DNA of 64,000 bases from Candidatus Wildermuthbacteria bacterium (GTDB taxonomy: Bacteria; Patescibacteriota; Minisyncoccia; Minisyncoccales; UBA10102), in contig JACOZJ010000002.1 of the NCBI GenBank assembly GCA_016181405.1, positions 74,608 through 138,607 of the forward strand, given 5' to 3'. Position 1 is the stretch's first letter. Each line of letters opens with the position of its first letter. Shown here piece after piece: positions 8,180 to 17,849 of the stretch. The notes under the pieces are model-generated. The model searched no databases and was not told the origin of the DNA. It saw nothing but the letters and a program-made list of their open reading frames with translations. Both the position numbers and the translations under genes were made by a program.

Positions 8180-9190
8180 TTACATCTGTCCCGTGAGAAG
8201 CTGGAGCAACTGCTGCAAGAGAGCAACAACCTGCTGCTGGAGCGAAACAACCTGAAGCTGCAATGACTGAATTGTTGTTCCACCAACTGACGTTGTTGGA
8301 GTCTCACTCGATGATGGCGTTGATTCAACAACGGGCGCAACTACTGTCACAGCAACTCCTGCGGAAGGGGTTTCTCTGTTACTTTTGGTGTCGGTAGCCC
8401 GAACTTTAATCGTATGTTCGCCTGCGGTCGGATTTGCCCAGACGTATTTCCATGCATAAGATCCAGTAGAGCCATAGTCTCCCTCACGCACTGCCAAAGC
8501 CCACGTTGTGCCGCCGTCCACACTTACCTCTACTTTCTGAACAGAGGAACCACCAGAGTCATTGGATACCCCTTTGATAACATATTCCGATCCCGCTGAA
8601 ATAGTTGTTGCTGCGCTCGGCGTTGTGAAAAGCGAGCTTGGCGAGGTCTTATCGACAGATACTTCAAGGTTAGCTGGCGGAGAAGCAAAAATAGTAAACG
8701 CGGTGCTGCTCCCGCCGTCTATGTTCCCCCCTGCCCTGGTTTTCGTTTGCACATCCACAACAACAGAAGTATTTCCCGCATACGGATTTTGAATATCGGA
8801 AACAGTAATCTCTATTGTGTCTGAAGCTGGAGTCACAGCTCCATCTGCCAACCACGCAACAATCCCCTGGCCAGAAACGGTCGAACTCGCAAATATGGAG
8901 CTTCCAGTAGAGGAAGGCGCCGTTACCGAACTCGTTGCAGTAGATCCATAGGCTACTGAAGAAGCACGCGAAACGTCAAATCCTGCAGGGAATGTAATCC
9001 GTATCTGGCTTTGTATTTCCGTAGAAGAACCGACCTGAAAGCTTATGCGGTAGTCGCTAAGACGTCCTCCATAGCTGCTGTCAACTGCAGTAACTGTTAC
9101 AAAAGATAGAGGTATCGCCTGCGCGACAGAAACCATCGCAACGCTCAAAACCACCACCAGACCAATTATAATATAAATCTCCTTCTTCAT
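8180..9190 (-). CDS. secreted/membrane-anchored protein with Ig-like domain and C-terminal Q/L-rich coiled coil
   Basis: 336 aa. N-terminal hydrophobic signal IIIGLVVVLSVAMVSVAQA. VQKVEVSVDGGTTWALA...HTIKVRATD resembles a bacterial Ig-like fold. The C-terminus is SLQLQVVSLQQQVVALLQQLLQLL. Confidence 0.8.
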   Translation of the reverse strand: MKKEIYIIIGLVVVLSVAMVSVAQAIPLSFVTVTAVDSSYGGRLSDYRISFQVGSSTEIQSQIRITFPAGFDVSRASSVAYGSTATSSVTAPSSTGSSIFASSTVSGQGIVAWLADGAVTPASDTIEITVSDIQNPYAGNTSVVVDVQTKTRAGGNIDGGSSTAFTIFASPPANLEVSVDKTSPSSLFTTPSAATTISAGSEYVIKGVSNDSGGSSVQKVEVSVDGGTTWALAVREGDYGSTGSYAWKYVWANPTAGEHTIKVRATDTKSNRETPSAGVAVTVVAPVVESTPSSSETPTTSVGGTTIQSLQLQVVSLQQQVVALLQQLLQLLTGQM

Positions 9191-9238
9191 TAGTATATAA
9201 TTATTTGTATTTTAGCTGAACATTTTTGACCTTTATTT

Positions 9239-9266
9239 ATTATAACCTCTTACCAAACATATGCAA
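9239..9266 (-). promoter_or_regulatory. candidate sigma70 promoter for 8180..9190
   Basis: On the minus strand: TTGCAT (9266..9261), 16-nt spacer, TATAAT (9244..9239). Confidence 0.5.
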
Positions 9267-9286
9267 CAAGAAAGTTTTCCACACCC

Positions 9287-11023
9287 CTAAATAGCGACTA
9301 AAGACCCGATCATCTGATTCATCTTATTCCGTGTCGTTTGGCCAACATATCCTGTCCCGCTATTTAAACTAAGAGGCGCTAAAATTTCAGGGGCGTATAT
9401 TTCCTGGAAGCGGATAACAGCTTGTTTCGTTAAGGAAAGAAAATTACCCGTTACAAGACCTTCCGGATACACCTCCGGACCCTGTGACGCAAGAAATTCC
9501 TGCAAACATCGCACCTCTTCACCTTGTACTCCAAAAGAAAGATTGCGGTTGAAGCTCGTACACGAGACAGCTTGCGGAGGATTCCGTTGCCCTTGGAGCG
9601 CGGCGATCCGAGAACGCAGTTGGCGAATTTGCGCTTGCAATTCTGCCACACGGGCCAAAAGCTGATTTCTTAGCTGCACCTCTTCTTGCGCTTTTGCTTC
9701 CGCTTCTCTCTGCACCTTCACCTCCCATGAAAACAAAAACGTATTTTCTCTTCCGCTAAACCCAGAAGTTTTGCCTTTGAGAAAAGGAATAATCGTTAAG
9801 GAACTATATGTTTTGTCAAACTGAGAAAAAGTAATTATGCCTTTTTGTTCTTCATCCAAAGAGAAAAATCCAACAGAACATTCGTAGTGCAAATCGCAAA
9901 GCAGATACGGAACTTCAAAATCTACCACACTGGTTCCCTCAAATTCCAAAGTAAAGTTCTGCCCGCCGCCAACGAAACGATGCCAGTTTGCGCTCCAAGC
10001 AGGAGCTGTATGATTTGTAGAAACAACCGTTTCTCCTCCCGGAATATAGTAGGAAACGGGGGCAACGCGAAGTGACGCCAAATTCGGATTTGCATAACAA
10101 TACTTACTTCCCACCTCACAGTTGTTAACCAATACCGTTATTGCCCAATCTTGGAATATCTGGGCAAAATCTTCCTTAAAACCGTTTCTTTGCAGAGCTT
10201 CATCCAAAGAAGCAATGCCTACTTGAGAGGATTTTAAAGAATCAATCAATACATCTTTTCCGTAATGGTCAACAAGATATTGGACAAACATATTAATTAC
10301 CCCATAATCTTCTTTTGTGTTGAGCCATTCAGTGAGAGAATTAGTTGGATTTTCCAAAAAATTCCGCACTCTTCTCTGAAGATTACTTCCTTCGTACACA
10401 TCGTCATACCCTAACAAGGTTGACGCGTACTCTGCTCTGGCTTCATTTAACCATGTTTCTTCTGCTACTCTTCTCAAGAGATCCTTTTGATTAATCGTAA
10501 TCAAATGAGTGAATTCGTGCGCCAAAAAACTCTTCGCCTCTATTTCCCCGATATACTCGCTATTTAAGTACACCATTTCCCGTGCGTTTGACGTGGGGCT
10601 TACTGCCTTTTCGTACACATCGTTCGAACGGAAGTAACCCCCCGCCTCGCCCGCCATTTGATGAATCAAAATCGTAAGCTTTGCATCTTTGTCAACCCCG
10701 GGATTTGGTTCCGATCCAAATGTTGAGGTTAACACAGGGTAGATGTGGTTTTGGAATTCCTGCCCAAGCTCAAAAAGAGCTATCCTTAAGTCATTTTGCT
10801 CTCGGGGAGAACGACCGCCCCACCAGTTTTTTTCAATATAGAAATAGATGCGATTATCGGCTCGCACAAGTTGCGCTTCTATTTCCTTTCTGCCAGAAAT
10901 ATCGTAAGAACTCTCAACAAAAAAAGTACGAGTTTCCGTCTGTGCGTTTGCATCCAGCGCAAAAACGCTCCCAAGGGAAACTAAGGCACCGAAAAATGTA
11001 AAAAGAAAAATGATTTTTGACAT
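9287..11023 (-). CDS. secreted zinc metallopeptidase (HEXXH, gluzincin-like) with C-terminal coiled coil and peptidoglycan-binding domain
   Basis: 578 aa with a signal peptide. AHEFTHL (HEXXH) with downstream NEARAEY. Coiled coil VAELQAQIRQLRSRIAALQ. The PG_binding_1-like tail is RCLQEFLASQG...AVIRFQEIYAPEILAPLSLNSGTGYVG. Confidence 0.85.
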   Translation of the reverse strand: MSKIIFLFTFFGALVSLGSVFALDANAQTETRTFFVESSYDISGRKEIEAQLVRADNRIYFYIEKNWWGGRSPREQNDLRIALFELGQEFQNHIYPVLTSTFGSEPNPGVDKDAKLTILIHQMAGEAGGYFRSNDVYEKAVSPTSNAREMVYLNSEYIGEIEAKSFLAHEFTHLITINQKDLLRRVAEETWLNEARAEYASTLLGYDDVYEGSNLQRRVRNFLENPTNSLTEWLNTKEDYGVINMFVQYLVDHYGKDVLIDSLKSSQVGIASLDEALQRNGFKEDFAQIFQDWAITVLVNNCEVGSKYCYANPNLASLRVAPVSYYIPGGETVVSTNHTAPAWSANWHRFVGGGQNFTLEFEGTSVVDFEVPYLLCDLHYECSVGFFSLDEEQKGIITFSQFDKTYSSLTIIPFLKGKTSGFSGRENTFLFSWEVKVQREAEAKAQEEVQLRNQLLARVAELQAQIRQLRSRIAALQGQRNPPQAVSCTSFNRNLSFGVQGEEVRCLQEFLASQGPEVYPEGLVTGNFLSLTKQAVIRFQEIYAPEILAPLSLNSGTGYVGQTTRNKMNQMIGSLVAI

Positions 11024-11068
11024 TTTCTTCTTTATGCTACCAAACTCTCAGTTCCTTCTCAAGAAAGA

Positions 11069-13462
11069 TTAACCACCCTCAAGAAAAAGCGGTTTGAACT
11101 CGTGTTCACTGTACCTTTCTGGATCAGCCTCAATTGCTTTCAAGAAAAATCCTTTTGCCTGCTCCTTGTCCCCCAGGTAAAAATATCCCACCGCAATGTT
11201 AAAATAGCTGTCGGCGTCATTACCCCATCTGGCGATAAACGCTTTTGCCATATCAATAATCTCTTCGTATGCTTTAACTTCTTGCGCAACGAACATATAG
11301 CGATTGTATTCGAGCCCGCGTTCAAAAAACTCATACCCGACGTCTCTTGCTTTCTCATACTGCTCAAAAGCCTTCTCATACTGTCCTGATACGAAGTAAA
11401 AATGACCCAAGGTAACGTATGGGAACGCTTCTCCAAAATAAACCGCCCGTTGGGCATACTCTTTTACAACCCTTTCCGCTTCTTCTGCTTTTCCCTGCGC
11501 AAGCAAAGTCTGAGCAAATTCGTTGTAGTATTCCACCCGCCGGTCAGAATACTGGAAACCCTTTTTTAGCACAGACTCTGCTTTATCCAAATCATCAAAC
11601 CCAAGTTTGTTTGACCCCAAACGGTACATCCTTGACAATATATAGTACATCTGAGGATCATAAGGTTTAGCTTCACTAAACCTTTCGAGTTCTGGCGCCA
11701 TGAGTTCATAGAGTCTTTTTATCTCTTCGATTTTCCCTGGATCCGTATCTTCGTTCACTCCGTAATCCATAACGCTCGCGAGTTGCCATCCCGCCCTTTT
11801 TCTTACTTCCCAATACGTATAGGGGGAATTGATACGAAATGCCTCCTCCAAGAATGGCTCTGATTCTTTGTAAAAACCATTCTCCGTATAAGCGAAAAAT
11901 TGAAGTCCCGCAGCGTTTGCCTTATAGGGCACTACTGCCGTGAAATAAATAATCGCAAAAGAAATAAGAGCAGCAGGAACCAACGCCAAGTATCTTGTGT
12001 TCGCTATCTTTCCGCCCGAGGCGGACCAGCCTTGGGCTGGGTAGTTGGTATTTTGCTTGCCCGCCGTATCCGCCCCGCTGGTGGAAGAGGCATAAATCAG
12101 GAATGCCAAAAATGGGAACAATCCTAGATACACTGCCATTAAATCAAATAGGAAAAGACTTTGCAGAAAATACGCAAAGAGTAAGGAGGCAAGCAAAAAA
12201 CCAAGGACGCGCTGCTGTTTTGCTATCTTGAAGATAAACAGAGCCGCGATGAGCAGCCAGAAAAGGTATGCGGAGAAAACAACAATTCCCCCAGTGGCGA
12301 GCGTATCGAAGAACTGATTGTGTGCCCGATCAAACCAGGGCTCTTCAACTCCTATCCGGTAATCATAGTACTTGTTTGCTGCCGCGCCATAATTTTCCAG
12401 TCCATAGCCAAAAATGGGCCGCTCTTTGAACGCCTTTAAGGCAATGCTCCAGTTGAGCAATCGTTCCCTTGTGGACCCTTTCTCCCAAATTTCTGTAACT
12501 TCTGTTATGCGATACAGCAAGCGTTCCTTTTGGACAAATTCCGTTTCTTTTGCTGCAAAAAGTATGCCTAGAGAAACAAGGCCAAACAATAATATACCGC
12601 CGCATGCAAGCACCAACTTTTTATTTTGCTGTCGTAAAAAAAGGGCTGCCAAAAGAGAAAAGAGAAGAAAACCTCCTGCAAACCCCACATATACTCCCCG
12701 TACTTGCGTGAATATGAGCGTAAGAATAAAAAAGCCGGCCGCTCCAGCAAATGCGTAGTGAACAGGCCCGGGATAAAAAAACTTTCTCTCGAACACTAGT
12801 AGGGAAAATCCAATGGCGAAGAGCAAAAACGCTGCGAAATAAGCCGGATTACCAAACACGCCGTAGAGCTGAAACTGGCTTTCGTGGTTAAACCAGGAAT
12901 ATCCAGAGAGCGCGACGGCAACAACTGTAAAAACAGAAAAAAACATTTTCCAGTCTCGCTTTTCTCTGAACACGGAAACAAACATCAAGAAATAGAGCAC
13001 CCAGAACCCATACTGCAACACTCCATCTGCCCGTTCAATACTCGAAAACAAGGAATACACAGGATCCACTCCGAAAAACGCAGCTACGAATTGAGCGAGG
13101 AAAAATAGAATAATAGCCACCACGAGAATGTTCCTAAAGCTCTGTTTTACGCCGCGCAAAATCGAGGAGTCCCTTATCAAAAGCAGAGTCCAAAAGAAAA
13201 AAGCAATCGCCACAAGCGAGCGAAAAACATATGCTTTGCCCGAGATATATGGGAAATACAGCTTCCCTATGAGAATAAACGGCACAACTGCAATAACTGC
13301 GAGCAAAAAGAACTGGACGATATAGTGCATATGCCCTCTCAAAAGCTGGATTGCAAATCTTATGTATCTCCCGAGAAATTTCATAGGGCTATTGTACACT
13401 ATCTGCCTTTTTCTCTCAACCCTTTGTTCCTGCGCAAACCAAAACCCCCACGACTTATCCAT
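11069..13462 (-). CDS. O-antigen ligase/polymerase (Wzy_C)-like polytopic membrane protein with C-terminal TPR repeats
   Basis: 797 aa with many TM helices. RERLLNWSIALKAFKERPIFGYGLENYG is the Wzy_C loop signature. The C-terminal roughly 250 aa are TPR-like. The true start may be M27 (13384) or M45 (13330). Confidence 0.85.
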   Translation of the reverse strand: MDKSWGFWFAQEQRVERKRQIVYNSPMKFLGRYIRFAIQLLRGHMHYIVQFFLLAVIAVVPFILIGKLYFPYISGKAYVFRSLVAIAFFFWTLLLIRDSSILRGVKQSFRNILVVAIILFFLAQFVAAFFGVDPVYSLFSSIERADGVLQYGFWVLYFLMFVSVFREKRDWKMFFSVFTVVAVALSGYSWFNHESQFQLYGVFGNPAYFAAFLLFAIGFSLLVFERKFFYPGPVHYAFAGAAGFFILTLIFTQVRGVYVGFAGGFLLFSLLAALFLRQQNKKLVLACGGILLFGLVSLGILFAAKETEFVQKERLLYRITEVTEIWEKGSTRERLLNWSIALKAFKERPIFGYGLENYGAAANKYYDYRIGVEEPWFDRAHNQFFDTLATGGIVVFSAYLFWLLIAALFIFKIAKQQRVLGFLLASLLFAYFLQSLFLFDLMAVYLGLFPFLAFLIYASSTSGADTAGKQNTNYPAQGWSASGGKIANTRYLALVPAALISFAIIYFTAVVPYKANAAGLQFFAYTENGFYKESEPFLEEAFRINSPYTYWEVRKRAGWQLASVMDYGVNEDTDPGKIEEIKRLYELMAPELERFSEAKPYDPQMYYILSRMYRLGSNKLGFDDLDKAESVLKKGFQYSDRRVEYYNEFAQTLLAQGKAEEAERVVKEYAQRAVYFGEAFPYVTLGHFYFVSGQYEKAFEQYEKARDVGYEFFERGLEYNRYMFVAQEVKAYEEIIDMAKAFIARWGNDADSYFNIAVGYFYLGDKEQAKGFFLKAIEADPERYSEHEFKPLFLEGG

Positions 13463-13520
13463 AAGTGTGGGGGTGATCGGTTCTTGTTTTACGCTCTACA
13501 AGAAAACGTGCAACCAATCT

Positions 13521-15530
13521 TTACTGGCAAGGCAGGAGCTCAAGTTGAGGCGTAATAAATGAGGTAAGACCCCATGTCCAGGTTCTGGACGGCTGTTGCG
13601 CAGTCGCCACACTGGTTCCCCACCTAACCGTATTGAGGTTAATCCCATTGAAGATCTTCGCATCAGGACTTGCTGCTCCACAACCGGTTATGCTCCCGTT
13701 AAGCGTAAACGTTTTGGTCGTGCCGCTTCGGACTACGTACGTGTCGTTGGCAGTACTTCCATAATCTGCATCCGAACTGAATGTCTGGGTTACGGTGATG
13801 CTCGCCTCATGGCGAAGTGCCGATGATGCCTGCAACCCGGTGGAAGCCGCCGTAGCGCTGTACACCGGAATGTAGATGTCGCCCCCTTGAGCTGTAATCG
13901 CGAACTTGATTTCGCCATTAAGCGTTTGAGGGCCAGTGCTACCCGATGGAAGCCCACCAGCAGCCGCAATCGTAGGAGTAGAGGCCAACACGATCTTCGG
14001 CGCCTTTATGTAGAAGTACGATGTCCCCGGCTGTATCCCGGACCCTGATACCGTTGCCGCAGCAAAGGACGTCCCGTCTTCAGCATTGATGCTTTGAGCA
14101 TGCGCGCCAATAATAACGGTAGACGTTGCTCCTTCTGCAAAGTTTCCGCTTGCCTTTCTCAAATCTGCTTTCAGCGTTAAGGTTTTGGTCGTATCTTTCG
14201 GAATCGTCAAGTTAATGTTCGTAAGCGTACCGCTTGCTCCGCTGTACGTACTCGTGGAAGACAACAGCGTGCTGCCATCGTACAAGTACACAACGCTCGG
14301 AGCGTTACTCGCCGAAGTTGCAATACCGTCGGTATCCCTGTATTCAAGTGTTCTCAAGATAGCATCGTTGTTCTTTGCCTTCAGGTTGAACACCGCGAGC
14401 GTAACGCCTGTTGTTTCTGCTGTTTGGTTCACGAGCACTGCGCGCGCCACTGGATTGTCAGCGTGAGCAGTAAGCTCAAGATCTGCGGTACTGGGTTCCT
14501 GCACTGTGATTGTCCTTGTTGACAAGCTTGCAGTAGGACCAGTCTGCGTAAGGCCTGCCCCATCTGTTCCACGAACAGAATCAGCAATATGGGTTAAGAT
14601 GATGTCCTGCGTTGTATCTCCTACCGGCATCCCAGTAACTGCCTTTACTGTTACCGTAATCTTCTTGGTTGCGTCTTTCGGAACAAGTATGCTCAAATCA
14701 CCCACACGGACATAGTAGGTTGTACCTACCGTAACTTCTACGCTGTTTGATTCGGTTACTGCAACAGTTTTTGAATTGGTTCCGTCACTTACGGTCATTT
14801 CCTGAACATAAAGCCAAGGTCGTGCGTTGAACTGCAAATCAAGACGGCTTACCAACACATCAGAACCGGTTGCTTTCACGTCAACAGCTGTTACAGCTTC
14901 TGTCTCTCCGGTATTCAGGATTGCTCCGCTCGCTGGGCTGGAATTAATCGTCACAACAAGGGATCCTTCAACTCCCGGCGTTGTAATTCCACTCGGTGTT
15001 GGGGTTGCTGTCGCTCCAGATGTTGGAGTCGGCGTTGGAACTGCACCAGAAGCAACCAACATATTTGCTTTTGCTCTGGAAGAAGCTCCAAAGAACCCTG
15101 TCCCGCTTGTCAATCCAAGAGGAGCCAACACTTCACTGGCGTAGGTGGTCTGGAATCGAGAAACCGCGTTCGCGGTCAAAGGACCAAAGAATTGGGTTTC
15201 TTGTCCCGGAGAACCAACTCCAGTTGTCGCAACACGCGTTGCGGCATTGGCATTCAATAGAACCTGCAGATACATCACATCACTCCCCGAGGAACCCTGT
15301 GAAAGATTTCTCGTGAAGGTAAATCCTGCTGGGATTCCTGTCACTCCTCCTGTCGTTCCTCCTGACAACGAAGATATCTGCGCTTGCAATTGCGCGATAG
15401 TGTTCAGCAACGCTTGAATCTGCGCCTGCAACTCTGCTGCTGTTTGAGCCTGAGCTGTAGGTACTGCAACCGTTGCAACCATTGCCGCGACAACTGCGCT
15501 TACTACAATCTTTTTAACTAACTTACTCAT
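13521..15530 (-). CDS. large secreted cell-surface protein: signal peptide, coiled coil, PG-binding domain, repeated beta-rich T/S/A-rich domains
   Basis: 669 aa. AAELQAQIQALLNTIAQLQAQI is followed by VMYLQVLLNA...AVSRFQTTYASEVLAPLGLTSGTGFFG. The body contains a recurring L.(V/I)PKD.TK..T(V/L) module. Confidence 0.85.
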   Translation of the reverse strand: MSKLVKKIVVSAVVAAMVATVAVPTAQAQTAAELQAQIQALLNTIAQLQAQISSLSGGTTGGVTGIPAGFTFTRNLSQGSSGSDVMYLQVLLNANAATRVATTGVGSPGQETQFFGPLTANAVSRFQTTYASEVLAPLGLTSGTGFFGASSRAKANMLVASGAVPTPTPTSGATATPTPSGITTPGVEGSLVVTINSSPASGAILNTGETEAVTAVDVKATGSDVLVSRLDLQFNARPWLYVQEMTVSDGTNSKTVAVTESNSVEVTVGTTYYVRVGDLSILVPKDATKKITVTVKAVTGMPVGDTTQDIILTHIADSVRGTDGAGLTQTGPTASLSTRTITVQEPSTADLELTAHADNPVARAVLVNQTAETTGVTLAVFNLKAKNNDAILRTLEYRDTDGIATSASNAPSVVYLYDGSTLLSSTSTYSGASGTLTNINLTIPKDTTKTLTLKADLRKASGNFAEGATSTVIIGAHAQSINAEDGTSFAAATVSGSGIQPGTSYFYIKAPKIVLASTPTIAAAGGLPSGSTGPQTLNGEIKFAITAQGGDIYIPVYSATAASTGLQASSALRHEASITVTQTFSSDADYGSTANDTYVVRSGTTKTFTLNGSITGCGAASPDAKIFNGINLNTVRWGTSVATAQQPSRTWTWGLTSFITPQLELLPCQ

Positions 15531-15630
15531 TTTGTCTTTTGTTTTCTTAATTGAACTAATTGCTTATAATCGACTACTACTCTAGTGTTTCGACCTTTAC
15601 TGTTTCTAATCCCACTACGATATGGTGGGT

Positions 15631-16422
15631 TCAGCTTTCTTCGTTAATTTGTGAAAGGGTCCAGATATGCTCCAACGCTCCCGCGTAATCTCCCTGCTCT
15701 ACCGATATTCTCGCTTCTTCAAACAACTCTTTTTGCTCTTCGGTAAGTGAACGCGTTTCCAAATACGCCAGCTCATACTCCACAAGGCGCCTTGTGGCGT
15801 CTTGTATCTCCTCTTCCTGCCCCTCACCTATCTTCGTTCCCAAGATCTTTTCTATTTCCGATTTTTCTTTTTGTAATTGTACTATCTGCCTGCTTGCCTG
15901 TAAAGCCCTTGAGGGCTCGTTTTCCACAATCTGCACAAATCCCTCTGAAATCTTAGAGGCGTTTGCCTCAAACTCCTGAATTGCCAGCGGAAGATTCTTT
16001 ACCTTATTCTGTTCTGCCACCATCCGTAAGTCCGACAATCGCTGCTGGGCTAAGGCAAATTCTCGCGCAGGCCGCTGTTCTTCTCCGGCAAGACGCAAAT
16101 GTACCTGTTCTGCGGCCACCTTTAAGGGATACAGCGTATCTCCCGGTAAACTTTCAAAGACAGTTCTTCCCACTGCCCCACCCGCAACCAAAAATGTCAA
16201 CACCGGGATAACGAAGGCAGGTCTCTGCGCGGACCGTACCATGAATTCCATAAATCTTCCGATCCCCCCTACCATACCCCAGAAGTGCTTATTTTGCAAG
16301 GGGAAAAGCTCTCTTTGGGTTTCGTTTCCAAGAAGTCGTTGACGAGTCAAAACAACCCATTCTCCCCTAGGCTGTATCTGCTTTAAATAAGAGAGTTTTA
16401 CAATAAGATCTTTATCTTCCAT
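15631..16422 (-). CDS. single-pass membrane protein, anti-sigma-like (DUF5667-type helical ectodomain)
   Basis: 263 aa with one TM segment (PAFVIPVLTFLVAGGAVG). It lies directly downstream of the ECF sigma gene. It has no ZAS HxxxCxxC motif. Confidence 0.7.
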   Translation of the reverse strand: MEDKDLIVKLSYLKQIQPRGEWVVLTRQRLLGNETQRELFPLQNKHFWGMVGGIGRFMEFMVRSAQRPAFVIPVLTFLVAGGAVGRTVFESLPGDTLYPLKVAAEQVHLRLAGEEQRPAREFALAQQRLSDLRMVAEQNKVKNLPLAIQEFEANASKISEGFVQIVENEPSRALQASRQIVQLQKEKSEIEKILGTKIGEGQEEEIQDATRRLVEYELAYLETRSLTEEQKELFEEARISVEQGDYAGALEHIWTLSQINEES

Positions 16423-16486
16423 TGCCGTGTTATATTATGTCGGAAAATCGATAGGACATGTTACACTTCCCCTACTTGGCTTATTG

Positions 16487-16996
16487 CTACGTAGATGGGA
16501 CATGCTCTCTTTCTCTCATCCCTTCCCGAAGCGCGCCAAGGGCGCGATGAATCCCCACCCGTACGTTCCCCTCTGTTTTCCCCGCAATTTGAGCTATTTC
16601 CGAGATAGAAAGCTCATCTAAATAACGCCAAATAATGAGGTTTTGGTATTCATCGCGCAGGAGGGCGAGCGCTTTCGCTACTTCTTCAATTTCTGCGCTT
16701 AGAATCACTTCTTCAAGCAAGGAAGCGTTCTCTTCGGCGAGCTCGCCGACATCCTCAATCGGCACAATTTTCCTACTCGCCTTTTCGCGGTAGTAATCGG
16801 CTATGATATAGCGCGCCACCTGGTACAAGTACGCCTGCACGCTCTCAATGGACTTCTTTTGAAACTCCTCGAAACAGCGCACAAAAACTTCAGAGCAAAG
16901 ATCTTCTGCTATCTCTTGCGATTCAACCTTAAGAAAAATAAACCGGTAAATCTTTCCCACATATTGGTCGTAGATTGCACCAAATTGTTCGGACAT
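16487..16996 (-). CDS. RNA polymerase sigma factor, ECF (sigma-70 group 4) family
   Basis: 169 aa. Region 2 is IYRFIFLKVESQEIAEDLCSEVFVR. Region 4 is LSISEIAQIAGKTEGNVRVGIHRALGALR. Confidence 0.9.
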   Translation of the reverse strand: MSEQFGAIYDQYVGKIYRFIFLKVESQEIAEDLCSEVFVRCFEEFQKKSIESVQAYLYQVARYIIADYYREKASRKIVPIEDVGELAEENASLLEEVILSAEIEEVAKALALLRDEYQNLIIWRYLDELSISEIAQIAGKTEGNVRVGIHRALGALREGMREREHVPST

Positions 16997-17053
16997 ATTA
17001 CTTTTTTTTGGTTTGTCCTATCTGTCCTAGTTTTTTCCCCAAGTTTTCCACAG

Positions 17054-17785
17054 TTATGATTTAAGCTCATACGACACCGCGTTCCAAGCTCCCTTCCGCT
17101 CTACGAGGTTCTTCTGGAGAAGCTCGTCCAAATCCCGTCGTAGCGTTCGTTTTGTAACCTCCGGCAGCACCTTTTGAAGTTCCCATACCTGAGCATTCTC
17201 TTTCGCCCGGAGAAACTCTATAATTTTCCGCTGCCGTTGAGAAAGCAGTGGGAGGCCAGATTCTACCCTAGGTGGAGTCATCAACTGCTCTGTTGCCTGC
17301 TCGCTCACCGCGCTAGCGGAGAAAGAGGGTTTTTCGTCTTTCCTTTCGATTTTTGGAGCCTCTTCTCTAATCTGCTTTTCTCTTTCTCTCTCTTCCCCTT
17401 CTATTTTTACGCCCAGCTCCTGCTCACGAGGAGTCTCAATCCTCTGAAGAGGAATACCATCAAATAACTCAAGAAGTTCCCGTATTTTACCATACTCGGT
17501 CTCCAGCAGAGAAAAGTTCCCTGGATGTATCCAGTTCTGTTTTTCTGCTCTATCCAAATATACAAGGAGAATATCAATCTGCCTCTCAAGCTGCGAAAGA
17601 AGATCTTGCTTCTTTTCTGGCCTAGTCACCTCTTTATCCACAAGCAGCAGAAGACCCGTCAAAATCTCATTTGCCGACTCCCTGATTTCCTTGACAATCT
17701 GCTCCCCTTGTGGGAGGGCATCGGCTACCCTATGAGCAGCGAATGCAAGTTGAATGAAGAAATTTCTGTTCATCTCATCCTTCAA
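17054..17785 (-). CDS. transcriptional regulator with C-terminal DeoR-type winged HTH and N-terminal helical-bundle domain
   Basis: 243 aa. The C-terminus SQRQRKIIEFLRAKENAQVWELQKVLPEVTKRTLRRDLDELLQKNLVERKG is DeoR-like. An E/R/K-rich linker joins the two domains. Confidence 0.75.
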   Translation of the reverse strand: MKDEMNRNFFIQLAFAAHRVADALPQGEQIVKEIRESANEILTGLLLLVDKEVTRPEKKQDLLSQLERQIDILLVYLDRAEKQNWIHPGNFSLLETEYGKIRELLELFDGIPLQRIETPREQELGVKIEGEEREREKQIREEAPKIERKDEKPSFSASAVSEQATEQLMTPPRVESGLPLLSQRQRKIIEFLRAKENAQVWELQKVLPEVTKRTLRRDLDELLQKNLVERKGAWNAVSYELKS

Positions 17786-17849
17786 GAGTCTTTCTTATCA
17801 CTCAATATAGCAAACTCAAAACCCTCGGTCAACGAATGTCCTAGAGAGC

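Noticed and set aside
7273-8196. 307-aa plus-strand ORF, the longest in this region
   Set aside because: It is exactly antisense to the P-loop kinase gene and runs through that gene's promoter and the neighbouring terminator hairpin. Its composition is low-complexity and P/R/L/S-rich, it has no SD and no recognisable motif. This is a typical shadow ORF of a GC-richer gene.
17014-17029. Direct 7-mer repeat TGTCCTA x2 (TAGGACA on the minus strand), 18-33 nt upstream of the ECF sigma start
   Set aside because: It is too short to distinguish from chance, and it does not resemble a GGAAC...CGTC-type ECF promoter that I could align. It is noted only as a site to check if the TSS is mapped.
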